DNA of 64,000 nt, from the NCBI GenBank assembly GCA_002633005.1, contig NMRA01000102.1, forward strand, positions 370,833 through 434,832, given 5' to 3'. The stretch comes from Phoronis australis. Taxonomy: Eukaryota > Animalia > Phoronida. Shown here in pieces: positions 26,330-39,200 of this stretch. Within the stretch, counting starts at the first letter, position 1; the number at the start of each line of letters is the position of its first letter. The position numbers and the translations under genes were made by a program. The notes beneath the pieces were generated by a model. It searched no databases, was not told the DNA's origin, and worked only from the letters and a program-made list of their open reading frames with translations.

Positions 26330-27030
26330 TCGTTGGTTTCTGATTTACATGTTTATGTATCTACGAAAATCGACAGGTTAATAGGTGATTTTTGGCAATT
26401 AGAAGCTAATCTTTTAAAAATGATGACGATTCAGGGAATTTAATTGAAGCCTGAATATGGAAAAACTATGATCCGATTCCCAAATAGTAAAGTGCACTTG
26501 GACGCTTTTTGCCTATCTAAAATAACTCTCAAAAACATTGATGAAGTTTGGACACGTCCCAAAAAAAATTACTCAAAATTCAAATGACAATAAATGCATT
26601 GCTTTTTGACTTCGGTGCAAGATTTGTTGTTTGAAGTCACTAACAGGGGATTAAACAGGAATTAAGTCATTAAATCAAGGTAAATGCAGTGCTCGTGGAT
26701 TTGATTGTTGGTTTCTGATTTACATGTTTATGTATTCTACGAAAGTGGACTGATTGAGAGATGATATTTTTGACAATTAGAAGCCAATCTTGTAAGAAAT
26801 GACAATACTTCACTGCATTTAATTGCAGGCCGACATTGGGGAAAATTCGACCTATCATCAGATCCCCAAATATAAAAGTACACTAAACGATTTCTGTCTA
26901 TCTGAAATAAGTCTCAAGGAAATTGATGAATTTCGCACAGCTCAACAATGTGTCCTAAAATGTTCTCCCTATTCAAATGACAATAAATTGTTTATTGGCT
27001 TAGGAACTATATTACTGGGTTTAAGTTTAC
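26330..27030. repeat. Diverged ~375-bp tandem duplication
   Basis: GTTGGTTTCTGATTTACATG...CAATTAGAAGC...CTATCT...ATTCAAATGACAATAAAT occurs twice, in the same order. Confidence 0.75.
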
Positions 27031-29284
27031 AAACCGTAGTTCAAAAACGAAGTTCAGGTACTTAAATAAATAAAATCTAACTTATTGGTCATCAACTTGG
27101 AAAGGTTGTCTTTGAACTTCCTCGATGTTTTTGGTTTCCAGTAGTATTGCGCAATGAATTTTTGTTCTTCTAAACTGAATCGCTTGCTTGCATTTCCCGT
27201 GCATACTACACACAGGGCATGCGCGCATCCAGCCTAAAATTAAGGGAGTTCGAATTTTTGAGGATGTGGACCTTTTACTAAAGAAAAAAACCGAATACGG
27301 GGTTCGCTCAGGGCTATGAATTGTGCATACGCCGTATCCACCCCTTTTAGTGGACTGTTGTGTCGTTTTTCTCGAATTTTTTGTTTCTCTGAGGCGGACC
27401 TTAGTTTTCCCACTTTGCCATCGAGCCCCCCCAGGTGCGCACATGCACGGAGGACGTCATGACAGGCACACCCACGTTAAAATAAGATGCAACCATGCAG
27501 TAGGCCTGCTTAGAATCTCAGATACCCACGGGAACTGAATTTGAACCCCAGACGTTGAAGTGTGTACATTTTTGGGACACTCTATGTATCCTGATTTTCC
27601 CTAGCAACCAGAAACTGGAGTACCGCCTGTGTTTCATTAAGGGATTCTGAAACGGACACAAAGGCAATCATACCAGGCACCTCGGGTCCTCGCCTTTCAA
27701 AAATTACTTCAAAGAATCCCCATAATAAAATGAAGTTTTCCCAAAAATGGATCGTAATAAAAGGAACCTTGACCATCGACCTAGGTATAGTTACTTCAGG
27801 GAGCTCCCAGCTCAGTACCCGTCAGTGCGCCCAGAGCCTAGACGCATTCTTACTCTCCGTGTTGGTTTGTTGGTTCACGGCTACTCAAATCCTGATACGA
27901 CTGCATCCCCGGTATTAGGCCTACCCCCACCTATGGCGNCGGGGGGGGGCCGGGGGGGAGGGGGAGCGTGACGATAGCAAGGGGGTAGGTTAGGTTGGCG
28001 AAGTCAAATTGGTTTGTGTCCCCCAATAATTTTTTCTTTCCTACGTGCCTGAGTATCAGGGCAGTGAGACTGAACCCCCAACCCTGAGTACAGGAAGCGG
28101 ACACTTATATCCCGGGTACTGGACCATATGGGTCGTTTTTTATTGTTCTTATCACTGGATTGAACACGGAGGGTACAAGTGACGGGGCCATGCTTTACCC
28201 ATGCGCATTGCAAAAGCACGTCCCGCACGCGAAACATTTCAGTTTTGTGTATGTACCTTCTGTAGTGCCACCAGTTGGCACTCATTTAACCCTCCCCTGT
28301 ACATGCGCTCGACTTTCGATCCCGATGACTCATAACCAAAAAATTCGCGTTTCAGGGTTTTATAGTCCACGCTGCATGCCACAAAGGAGGGTGTGTGGAT
28401 GTTGTAGAGCTTCGTTCAGGAACTAAGAAATCGACCTAGTATGACCACATGCAACAAAACACAGTGACAATACAGCAAGCAAGACCTATACCAGCCCTGT
28501 GATTGACGCGTCGCATGCGTCAAGTTTTTTTTTTACCAAATAGGAAAACACGACATGATGCATCGTGCTCAGGAACCAAGTCGATTCAGTATCCTATCTG
28601 TGACCAAAGTTTCAGGGAAAGAGTGAATCTGACGGGACACATTGCGTCACATCACGAGGACACTTCTTTTTGTAATGAATGTGACATGTCATGCAAAGCA
28701 GTATGTCTCCTTCATTCTACAGGCACTAAGAAGCAGAAACGTCATGGATGAAATCATCAAGTCCAGTGGTGAAAGTTGTTAAGTCTCTATAGTTTATTCA
28801 GATTTACAGAGTTTATGGTTGGTAGTGGTCTATTTGTCTGATGTAATAGTATTTTGACGTTTTGTTTTGAACCTTTTTTCCTCAAGTTTCTTTCTAAATT
28901 TGTGTTATTTCAACAGGATCTTTAACAGAACCAGGTGTTTAGGTAGATTCAAATGGCCACACTAAGTGTCATTGGGCAATACTAAACATACAATTGTTTT
29001 GACGAATTAGTATTTTAAAATAAAATATATGTGTATGATTATTGTAGAAATTGCTTTCAGTTGTTGATTTCGTGTGAGAGCCAATTACATTATCAATCAG
29101 TCCAAAATACGTGATTCAGTGATGATTTAGTTGTCGTACATTCCAAAAGTAATTCCTAGGAAATGTTCAATGAATTTGTAATGTTAATTTCCCTAAGCAA
29201 TATTTTATGTTTTTGTATGACCAATTTTGAGGTATATGTGATAATTAAAAGATTAAAATTATAATAGAAATGCTATAATAATAA

Positions 29285-30002
29285 TATATATAGATTATTA
29301 CATGGCGAAGTCGTACGCCCCGAGGGTGATAATTCTCCAAAATCCACGAGGGCTCTAGATAACGGGGGATAACGCCCCTCGGGCGATAATTTTCCAAAAT
29401 CCACTCGGGCTCTACATAACGGGGGATAACGACTTCGCCATGTAACAATCTATATTTATCCCACGCACGTTGAATCTGTCGAGGGAAATACGGCCATGTA
29501 ATAAACTAAGTTTTCCGCATTCACCTCCTACACAACTTCAACAGCGACCTCTGACATGGAAAGTTCAAAAGGTAGGTCAATGTCGACTCGACGTCTTCAG
29601 CCGGTTCGATCATCAAACTTTTCGAATATAGTTTAAAGTAATACAGTTGCAACAGTGTAACTAACACTCGACATGCAACCAGGCCCTAAACGTAAAATCT
29701 GGACAAAACTGTTAATTATATGACACTTTCTCTCAGTTTTCAATTGCTGAATACTATATCGTCAGCAACTCAGGCGCCGATTCCTAGGAAATTAAAATAT
29801 CAAAAATTGTTGTTTTTTAACAATTTCCAGGAGATGTTACAAGTTCACTACTGAGTTGCCGTTGTTTTCATCTTTGCTACCTCTTTTTAAGAAATAGATC
29901 GTTACTTTTAAAACTGTTTCTTTTTCAAGAGAAAACTTGCAACCTAACGCGCAACTACATACATAGGATGTGATCCGCGGAATAATGTCTCGGCGTGGGA
30001 TA
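29285..30002. mobile_element. Crypton-like non-autonomous element (tentative)
   Basis: 27-bp inverted repeat ATATAGATTATTACATGGCGAAGTCGT / ACGACTTCGCCATGTAACAATCTATAT around a 60-bp direct repeat; an extra GCCATGTAATAA at 29493; a TATCCCACG / CGTGGGATA pair at 29457 and 29994. Confidence 0.4.
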
Positions 30003-33000
30003 TTACTTCATGTACGCCACTCTCGGGTAGGCCTATATACGTTTTGTGTATTGATTTCCTGTGTAAATCACTACAGTGTGTAGTTGAAGTGACGTAAAAG
30101 ACAACATGTTGACTACGTTTTGAGAAAAACACAACACAGTACGTATATTATAACTCTCAATCTTTTTCAAGTTAGCTGGAGATCATAAACTGAAGATGGC
30201 ACCGCCGGTGAGCTTTGGGCTAAGACTACAGAACAGTAGAGTATAACACAACGAACATTCAAGCCACACGGCGGATGCCACAAGTCAGTCTGTTCATCTC
30301 TGCATCGCTCATCAGTAAAACATCAAGTAAAATTTCACCCATTTTATCAGCACATCAGTTTCCACAACTTCTGGCAATTTTTTAAATCCTAGACATCATG
30401 AGCGGGAATCTTTGAATCATCTCGTGAAGTGTTGCCGCACTCCTCTCTCTCCCCATGGGCAAGAACATTATCATTCTTTGACTTCACTGGTTGTTTTTTC
30501 CTTTTACTGTCACAATTTTGCAAGAAGATTCGACACTCGCTTTCATCTGCTGCAACAATTTGTTTACCCTGGCTGACACGCCACAACTCCGGAGTGAGTC
30601 TTCAGTTTACAACCCCTTGTTCCCAGTGGTTTCGTCTAAAAGTAGATGCCTGTCGGTCTACTTTTCAAAACCCTGGTAGGGTGTACCTTCACGTCGTGCC
30701 GGGAAACATGCTCGTTGAAGCTCGCCTAACAATAACAATGAACTTGTTTCCTGAAATGAAAACAAATTCATTTGTGAAAATATCTATAACTAAAATAGTA
30801 TGCTTGTGGTGTACATGTAGTGCTCATGGCGATTTACTGGTAATACGCGATGCTATTTAGTTTTGATACGAAAATAACGCAGTAATGACGCAAAATGTGA
30901 CTAATTCATTGCACCACACTTATTTTGTAACCCTTTTCACGTTTTATGAGTAAAAAGTTCATTGCTGTTCGACACACCACGATGCGTTCCCGATCGCATA
31001 AATAAACACTAACTTGCGTTCTCGATCGCATCCAACAGAAAAGTGTCGAAAATTCAGAGATCTTGACAAAACAACAACAAAAAGCGTTGCGTCATATTTT
31101 CTCACGTCATTTCTTCATAACTTCATGGTCAATTTATTGATTTTGAGCCAAAATTAACCGCAACTTGCCAAAATAACGTACAAATCACCTTCACTCATGC
31201 GATGCTTGGGTTAACGAAACTTTCCTGCAATTATTGGAAGAGACACTAGCCTAAACCTCTACCTGCCCTTCCTCAATTTGTTACGCCTTGGACTCATGTC
31301 TCTGTTTTCACATTCGAAGTAAAAACAAAGAAAATTCATCAAATTTACTCACCTTGCCTGGCTCCGCTTCTCGCGCCAAATTGCGTTCTCGATCGCGGGT
31401 TGGCCGGGGTGAGATTATGAAACGAAGACACTCAGCTGAAGACTCAACCTCACCAGCAAACCATTCGTCGCAAGTATTCATAAATCATTGTTGAGAATGA
31501 GTTATGTTTATGTCAAAGAGTTTGTGGTTTGCGTGTACGAGTGCACAATACTACAATTTGTCGATTCTAAAACTCTGGCACAATATTGTCGAACACCTAT
31601 CTCACCACTTACTAAGTGCTAACACAGCTTCTATGATCACGACTCAAACCAGTGAATGTAACACGATGCCTGGATAAGTACACATGATAAAACCACACAG
31701 TACACGTTATCAAAATAAGTCTGTATTTCGATATTACAAATAACAGTGATCAAAACACTAACGACAGCTCATGATGTAGGATGTATATTTTAAAGAATGG
31801 TCTTTTATAGAAATCACCATTAATCCGCCTTCCAATAAAAAGAATTGTTGATTTAGCTACTCTCAGTTGTGAAATGATTTCGACTACTCTCAGTTGTGAA
31901 ATGATTTAGACTAAGCTCAATTGTGAAATTGGCCTCAACCTCTTCATTACAACTTGGAGATCATTTCTGAGCTTGGAAACAACCGACAGTTCATTCTTGC
32001 TTTAGACTAGTTCAGCAAATTTGTTCGCTACAGCAGGTGGAGGAGCATATCAAGGATCTCCTAGTTCTAACAAAGCACAGAAACCACTTTTCATCAGAGA
32101 AGGAAACAAGTTGAAACCAGTTTTATAACCATTACTGACACAAATCAAGTTCATTTCTTTAATAGAACGTCAAATTAACGTTGCTTAAATACCAATAGCA
32201 ACACGAATTTAGTCCATTTGGCAAATCAACAAGATATAATGCAATACACACAATTGTCTTGTGTACAACTGTGTTTGGCAAATGTCTTGTGTACAAATGT
32301 GTTTGGCAATTGTCTTGTGTACAAATGTGTTTGGCAACTGAGAATCAATATTCAAAGCTCATGCATTAGAAACCTGATTGTATTTACACCTCAAACCATT
32401 GAAGGTAAGACCTAGATACAACAAAATAGGCTTTCAAAAAGAAACTTACTCTACTATAAAATTACAATGGTTAACTTTTTCTCAACAAAAGCACGAGATG
32501 AAACATGAAAAGTCAAGTTTTCAATAAACACCACCATTCAGCTTAAGGAATACCATGGTGTTACTCTTGTCAATATGTAAAAGCTTAATATCTTACTTGG
32601 GGGAAACTAATCCATCTGTGGTGTGAAGAGCAGCAGTAACTCAGCTAATAAGGGACGATTAAAAATGTTAAACAATATTATGTTAAAAGAGCAACATGAA
32701 TGAAGACGGTTCACGAGTAGCCAACATGAAACCCTACTTATCTGATACAGAGAGCAAGCATAAACTGTTCCATAAAGTATGGTTCCCACCCTAGACAATT
32801 TAGTTTCATTTTGTAAGAGTTCCTTGTAAGTTTTCCAATATCTAATTTTCAATTTCCATGAGTTTCTTCCACCCAAATAAGTAGATGAAAAGTAATTTTT
32901 ACTAATAATGATAGTAACCAAGTGTAATTGAATACGTGAACTTATGACTCCCTGAAGAAAGGTTTTCATTTATTCTTACAGAATTTCCCATGGAGTTCAA

Positions 33001-33220
33001 ACCTCTTTCATTTTCTACTGAGTTTTGCATACACGAACTAACACTTCTAGTCATTTCCATTTTCTCCCAGGTTTTCCATGACAGGCATGAACTATGTAAA
33101 CTGTATACCAAGTGTGTTGATAGTGCTACTGTATGAAAATAAAGCATTTACACAACTGGAACTTTTTAAGAGGTAGCTAATAATGACTTGAACAGATGTG
33201 CTTCAGACAGAGTAAATGTA

Positions 33221-36200
33221 TCATGCTTTCTTAAAACCTTTTAAAATTGGATAAATATTTTCAAATGCCTCGTAGATTTCTTGCCTGACTTTAGCTCCTG
33301 GAAATAAAAGAGGACATAAAATTAAAGTAAGAAATAAAAGTCACAAAAAGCAAAGTGTACGATTCATGTCACATTTATAGGATGGTTTTTCAATTTCTTT
33401 AGAAAAACAGGCAACAAACATTCGAAAACATTTTCATACCATGTCAAACATTGCGAAATGAAGACAATTCGCAATAAACAAGCAAAACAAGTAAGCGGGG
33501 AATAACAAAAGTCCTTTAACATCATTACACACATTATGCAACGCGGTGAACAAGTTAAGGGCAGCTACCTGTAAGACGACGATACAAATTGGGTCCAATT
33601 TTTGTGTATGATCTGCCATTTTACATTGATGACACACCACAAATAAAATATCCGGAGTTCAAACTGTCAACCATGTGCCCATAACATATGGTGACTACAC
33701 ACTTACTGAAAACACATGTCATGGAACTGTTCATAGTTATCTCCACACATACACTTGAAAGAGGGAAGGAGGGCGGGAGGGAAGGAGGGCGGGAGGGAGG
33801 GAGAGGGAAGAGAGAGGGGGGGGTGAGACACTGTAACTTTACATGTCAAGTTCACAGAATGAGATTTCTTTTAATTGAATAATACCTGGGCTTAGCATCA
33901 CAACGTTACCAGCCTATAGCAACAACAATAATTGGATGGCATACATACCACATGTACCATATTCGTCCTAATAAGTGCCCATGCCCCTATAAGCGCCTCA
34001 CCCCAAACGTTTTCAGACTTTGCTAAAATAAGCGCCCAGTCCATGAACGCCGTGTACATGCAAAAAATGCCTTACCCACAGTTCTAAAATTCTACAGTAA
34101 CGTCTTCAATTTATCAATAAGATCCAATAGTCCTGAAAAAAAAATCATTGTGCGCAGAATTTGTAGACCACAAACCTCGCCGCTATGTCGGTATTTAGCC
34201 ATGACTATACACTTCAAACTTCCACCATGCTTCAAAAAGAATGCAAAGGTTTTGCTGATCTTGCGAGGGACGTGTCCTATTATGGTCTGGCCTTTCAGAA
34301 CAGATGCAGTGTACTTGTCAAAGGGATTGTATTGCATCTTTCCTGTACAGATCTTCTCCTTCAACAGGAATCCAAACCTTTGTTAAAAGCACGTGTCCAG
34401 GAAGCGGGCGTTACAAAAAATACCTGTCAACCACGATTAGTTTTCTGGAACTATCTATTCATGAAACGAGTAGCATAGCATTGGCAAGAAATAAATACTG
34501 GGACTTATTTACGAAAGCTTTTAATACCGTAAAAAACATTTGCGTTATAGCATTTGCGTTATAGGAGGAATTATAAAATTAATTGTAATTGGTGATTTTA
34601 AAGTCAAAATGACCCACCAATAGTGAACACTTCTGCACCCTTAAACCCCCCGAAAAATAACTGTTAGACTGTCACGCATCCAATGACCCAACGACTCAAT
34701 ATCGACCTTACCAAGACAATTCTCTAATGGTTTTTAGCAGATGAGATCAACAGGTGCTAAATAAAACACGTTCTGCTTGAGTTTATTTCTTTAGTTGCAC
34801 ACCTAGATTGTTACATCGCGTTTACTCTGGCAAATGAACTCTGGCGCTTACTCACACAACAAACAGACGAACTATAAAACATCACGTGACAACAAAATGT
34901 GTGTTCGTCCAGGGATTTTTCATGTGTCCCGCAACACATGAACGGGGTATGATCTAGCGCAGATTTGGATTTAGTATGCAGTTAATCCCGACTCCACAGG
35001 AACTTAAAAATCTTAGGGATGCTATTTTGAAAACTTAAGGACTTCAGGTAATTTGTTGAGTCAAACCTATATTTTTACTCAAGAATTCAAGTTGACTTAG
35101 CAGCGATCGCGAGGCAGCGACGCATCAGTCGGCGAGTTTTCACACAGGGATTTTCTGAAAAATACTCGTAATTTAACAACAAAGTTTGATAGCAATGCAC
35201 TGCAATTTTGTAGAAACTCTGTCATAGGTTACATATGCGTCACAGAGCGTAAACTTGATGAATTCTAGCTTACGATTTTACCCGTTTTGGAGACCGGGCT
35301 TCAACTACTTTGGGCTACAATAAGCGCCCCCCCCTTCCTGAAGCGAATTTTTCTAAGCGCCCTAGGTACTTATTAGGGCGAATACGGTACCCATTATGGA
35401 ATACATACCTGTTATGGCATACATACCTGTTAAAACAACTTTTCCAGAGACAAATATAAGTAGTACTATTCTTGGTTTAACCATGCGGTAAATCAGCCCT
35501 GGAAACAGCTCGGGTTCATAACTGGAAAAGTAACACAATTTTAATTGCAATAAACGGTATATGGACAAACGTATAAGACATTCTGACTGAAGGTGAGATG
35601 TGACAAGTATCGAAACAAAGCCGTCGTTTTATGAATCATTATAATGTCTCTCGATGATTTACTCTTGTCTTGCTCTTCAGAGGACACTGAATATATCCTC
35701 ACTGAATATATCCTCACTGAATATATCGTCACTGAATGTATCGTCACTGAATGTATCGTCACTGAATGTATCGTCACTGAATGTATCGTCACTGAATGTA
35801 TCGTCACTGAATGTATCGTCACTGAATATATCGTCACTGAATGTATCGTCACTGAATGTATCGTCACTGAATGTATCGTCACTGAATGTATCGTCACTGA
35901 ATGTATCGTCACTGAATGTATCGTCACTGAATATATCGTCACTGAATATAACCACACTGAATATATCCTCACTGAATATATCCTCACTGAATATATCCTC
36001 ACTGAATATATCCTGATATGGAGATTGTGCGAGCTTCCATTAAACTAACAGACATTATTGTTTATAATCAACAAATTTCAAAATGATACATTACATTACA
36101 CCATATCTTATATGTCAATTGTCATTTTGTGTTTGATTTTACTTTATTTCTGTTTTTGTTGACAAAGGAAGTTATTACATCCGAAAATTTCAAATTTCAG

Positions 36201-39200
36201 TTGATCCATTCTTGTTGTTTTATTTACCGATTTATATTCTCCAAAAATGAGCAATCTACAAACACACCTTGAGTAGAAAGTGTTTATCAAATTGGGACGA
36301 AATACAAAGATAAAGAATTGTCACTTGTATTTTTTAAGGATATTTTACTTCAGTCTCTGGTGGTATATTTCAGACAGCACAAAAGTCTCCAAAAATTTTG
36401 ATGAACACTTAACCAATGCACAGTTAACAAAATTTAGGACACAGTATGAAGGACTGGCGAACTTTTATTTGCTCATTTTCCCGGTGAAAGATACGCAGCA
36501 GTGAGGTAATGCTTTTCCATGTTCAGGATGTTTACAACCGACACAAAATGTTGAAAAACTGGGGCCATTCATGACAATGTTAGAAGCCCTTGACAAATGA
36601 AAATAGAACAAAATGAACTGTCTGGTAATTATTGTTGAAATTGGTGAGAAGTCACCATAGCTAACAACTGTTCAAAAATCAAAATGTGGTTAGTAACAGG
36701 ACATTGACACTTATAAGCAGCACATTTGAACTCAACATGCAGTTTGCTTTCTTTAGTACCAACCCACCTGGAGAACTGTCCGTGATTAACAACCAGACCT
36801 TCCAATCGGATGGGAAACTTCACATCACAACTACCGACCATGTTCTGGATTTTAAAATCCAAAAACTTTGCCTGAAATTTAGTAATTTGAAGTTGTATCA
36901 AGTAATGTATGCAGCACTTTTGTCACACAAACGTGTTACACGGGAGAAAGTACGGCAAACACAATTACTATTTTTGCGAGACCCTATTCCCACCACAAAT
37001 CTAGACAGCTAAATTATTCCGAACAACGCCATCTCAGTTTCATCCTTTCAATGTATTAACTTGCATAAATAACATAAAAATTCACAGTGCAGTAGGCAGT
37101 TCCCCCCCAACAACTCTTTAAGAGGACTAACCAATGCTGACCGATATCAAGAACTACTGCCCCAGCAATGGTAAAATTACAATGGTGAGAAGTGCGAGGC
37201 ATTGCTGATCACCCTAGACACCTGGGTGTTTTCTTCGAACGTCAGCTTCATTTTACTGAGCACGTGAACAAGGTCACCACTCAAGTCAATCGAGGAAACA
37301 ATGCTCTTTGTGTCGCAACAGGCAGGGAGGCAAAGGAGCGCCACTTACTAATGCTTTTCAAGAGCCACACATGACCCGCGTCAGCCAAAACCAACTAGGT
37401 AGACTTGAACGGCTACAGAACACGGGCCTCCATATCATTACTGGTTGTCCCAGGTCAACACCGGCAGCTGCATTGCATCATCTGATAGGCATACCTAGCA
37501 TTGTGAACTGCCAAGTCCAAGAGCAGGCAACTGTCTTAGCGAAAGCCATCCAAGCTCAGATCACCCTCTCCATGCAGTCATCATGAAAAGGCTTGAAGAA
37601 ATTACCCCACAGGCAAGAGCACCCCTCAGGAACTTGCGCCAACGCCCTCCCACAACTTTAGTGTGACAGAGATTGTCCTGGCAATCATGGGTATCTGACG
37701 TAGCAGCTGCTGTTGTCACCACGGCCGGTCAGCACCAAGTAGCCGAATCACCAGCATGGCTTCAATTGGAGGACCAGGGAGAAGAGCCAGCAATTGTTGC
37801 AATCTTCAGCAAAGAGTGTAGATATTGGCCTGAGGGCGCTGCCGAATCGATGTCACCGAATGTTCAGGGAACTAGGTGGGGATGATGCCTTGATACTGGC
37901 CACTGATGGCAACTTCTGCCAGGATACCAACCGAGCTGGCTGGGGATACCTGATCCGCCAGAATTATCTAACACTTGCAAAAAGATGTTTCTGCACAAGC
38001 AGCACACGTATGGAGTTCGACGCAATCCAACAAGCCCTTCTGCGCCCATCTAAGCTGTGCCTTGATGCAATAAAGATCACCTTTGCTACTAATGACTCGA
38101 TGGCTGTGCTGACTAGGATCCACTCTGGTCTGGTCCAATCCAGCTGGCTCATCTACCAGGAGCACTGCCCACTCCAACATGTTTTTTGGACCTATGTCCC
38201 CAGCCATGCCAGCCTTGTTGTGAATGAGCAAGCAGAACAACTCGCCAGCCACTGAAGGTTTATGCACATGAAGGCTACTTGGACACCACAATATTGTGTT
38301 TAGCACAACAGAACAGCTGGGAGAATATAGTGAGGGCCTTTGCCTTCTGCGACTAGAAGTTCCCTTTGGCAGTCAGCTTCCAGCCACTGGAAAGGTCCTT
38401 AGAAAAGACTTCACAATCACTTCACTACTAGAAACATCAACCTTAATACCCTTCAGCTTATCCTCACTGGGTGTACCTATGGGGAGAGGATTTGTGCTCA
38501 ACATCTATGAACCCACTAGCAAAAGGTAATTAAGGTAATTCATAAAAATCCACAAGAAAGGAGCCCTGCTCATTTTTATGAGGAAGTGTGTTCCAAACTG
38601 TGGATGCTATATTATGCTTCACTAAAACCACCTACTTTACTTTCTAAGGCACACAGAAAGGTCCAACAAGGCATCCCTACAACAGTTTTATAATTGAGTA
38701 GTCACCAATACACTGTTATCGCTATCAACAACAAAGTAATAAAGCTTAATGATTTTAAGAATACAGTTTTGTGGGTCTACTATTATTACTTAAATGTTAT
38801 CGAAGATGGACATGTCCACCTCAGTTTCATCACGTGTGCAGTGTTCTCCACAATATACTGGTGTGTTCATTTGGAAATCCTACACTGCCTGAAAAGTTCA
38901 AAGTCTCAAAATTTATTCAATAAGAGAAAAATTTCTTGCAAGTTTGGCCACATCACTTAAAGGCCTAATATGGTGCCAAAATGATTATTTATAAGTCTAA
39001 AATATGTGTATTGATGAAAAACATCAACATACGGTGTCATAGCATACCCCGCACGTTAATTAAGTAGGCCTTTGACAATACAGTAGCCCCATCACGAACC
39101 CCTTTTACGCAAAAAAATGAGATAGCGCTTGCACCAATCGAAGTCTATGACATCATCGTTACAACAAATTGGCTTTCACCGTGTCTCCATCGCATTGGAA

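Noticed and set aside
24942-28430. Many short intergenic ORFs
   Set aside because: No recognisable domains or consistent splice signals; most likely decayed repeats that I could not classify.
33760-33825. G-rich (GGGA/GGGC)n tract able to form a G-quadruplex
   Set aside because: Common low-complexity sequence with no evidence of function.
35541-36048. Repetitive ORFs (VTIHS)n, (VTECI)n, (SSLNV)n
   Set aside because: Read-through of an intronic 15-bp minisatellite; no splice or homology support.
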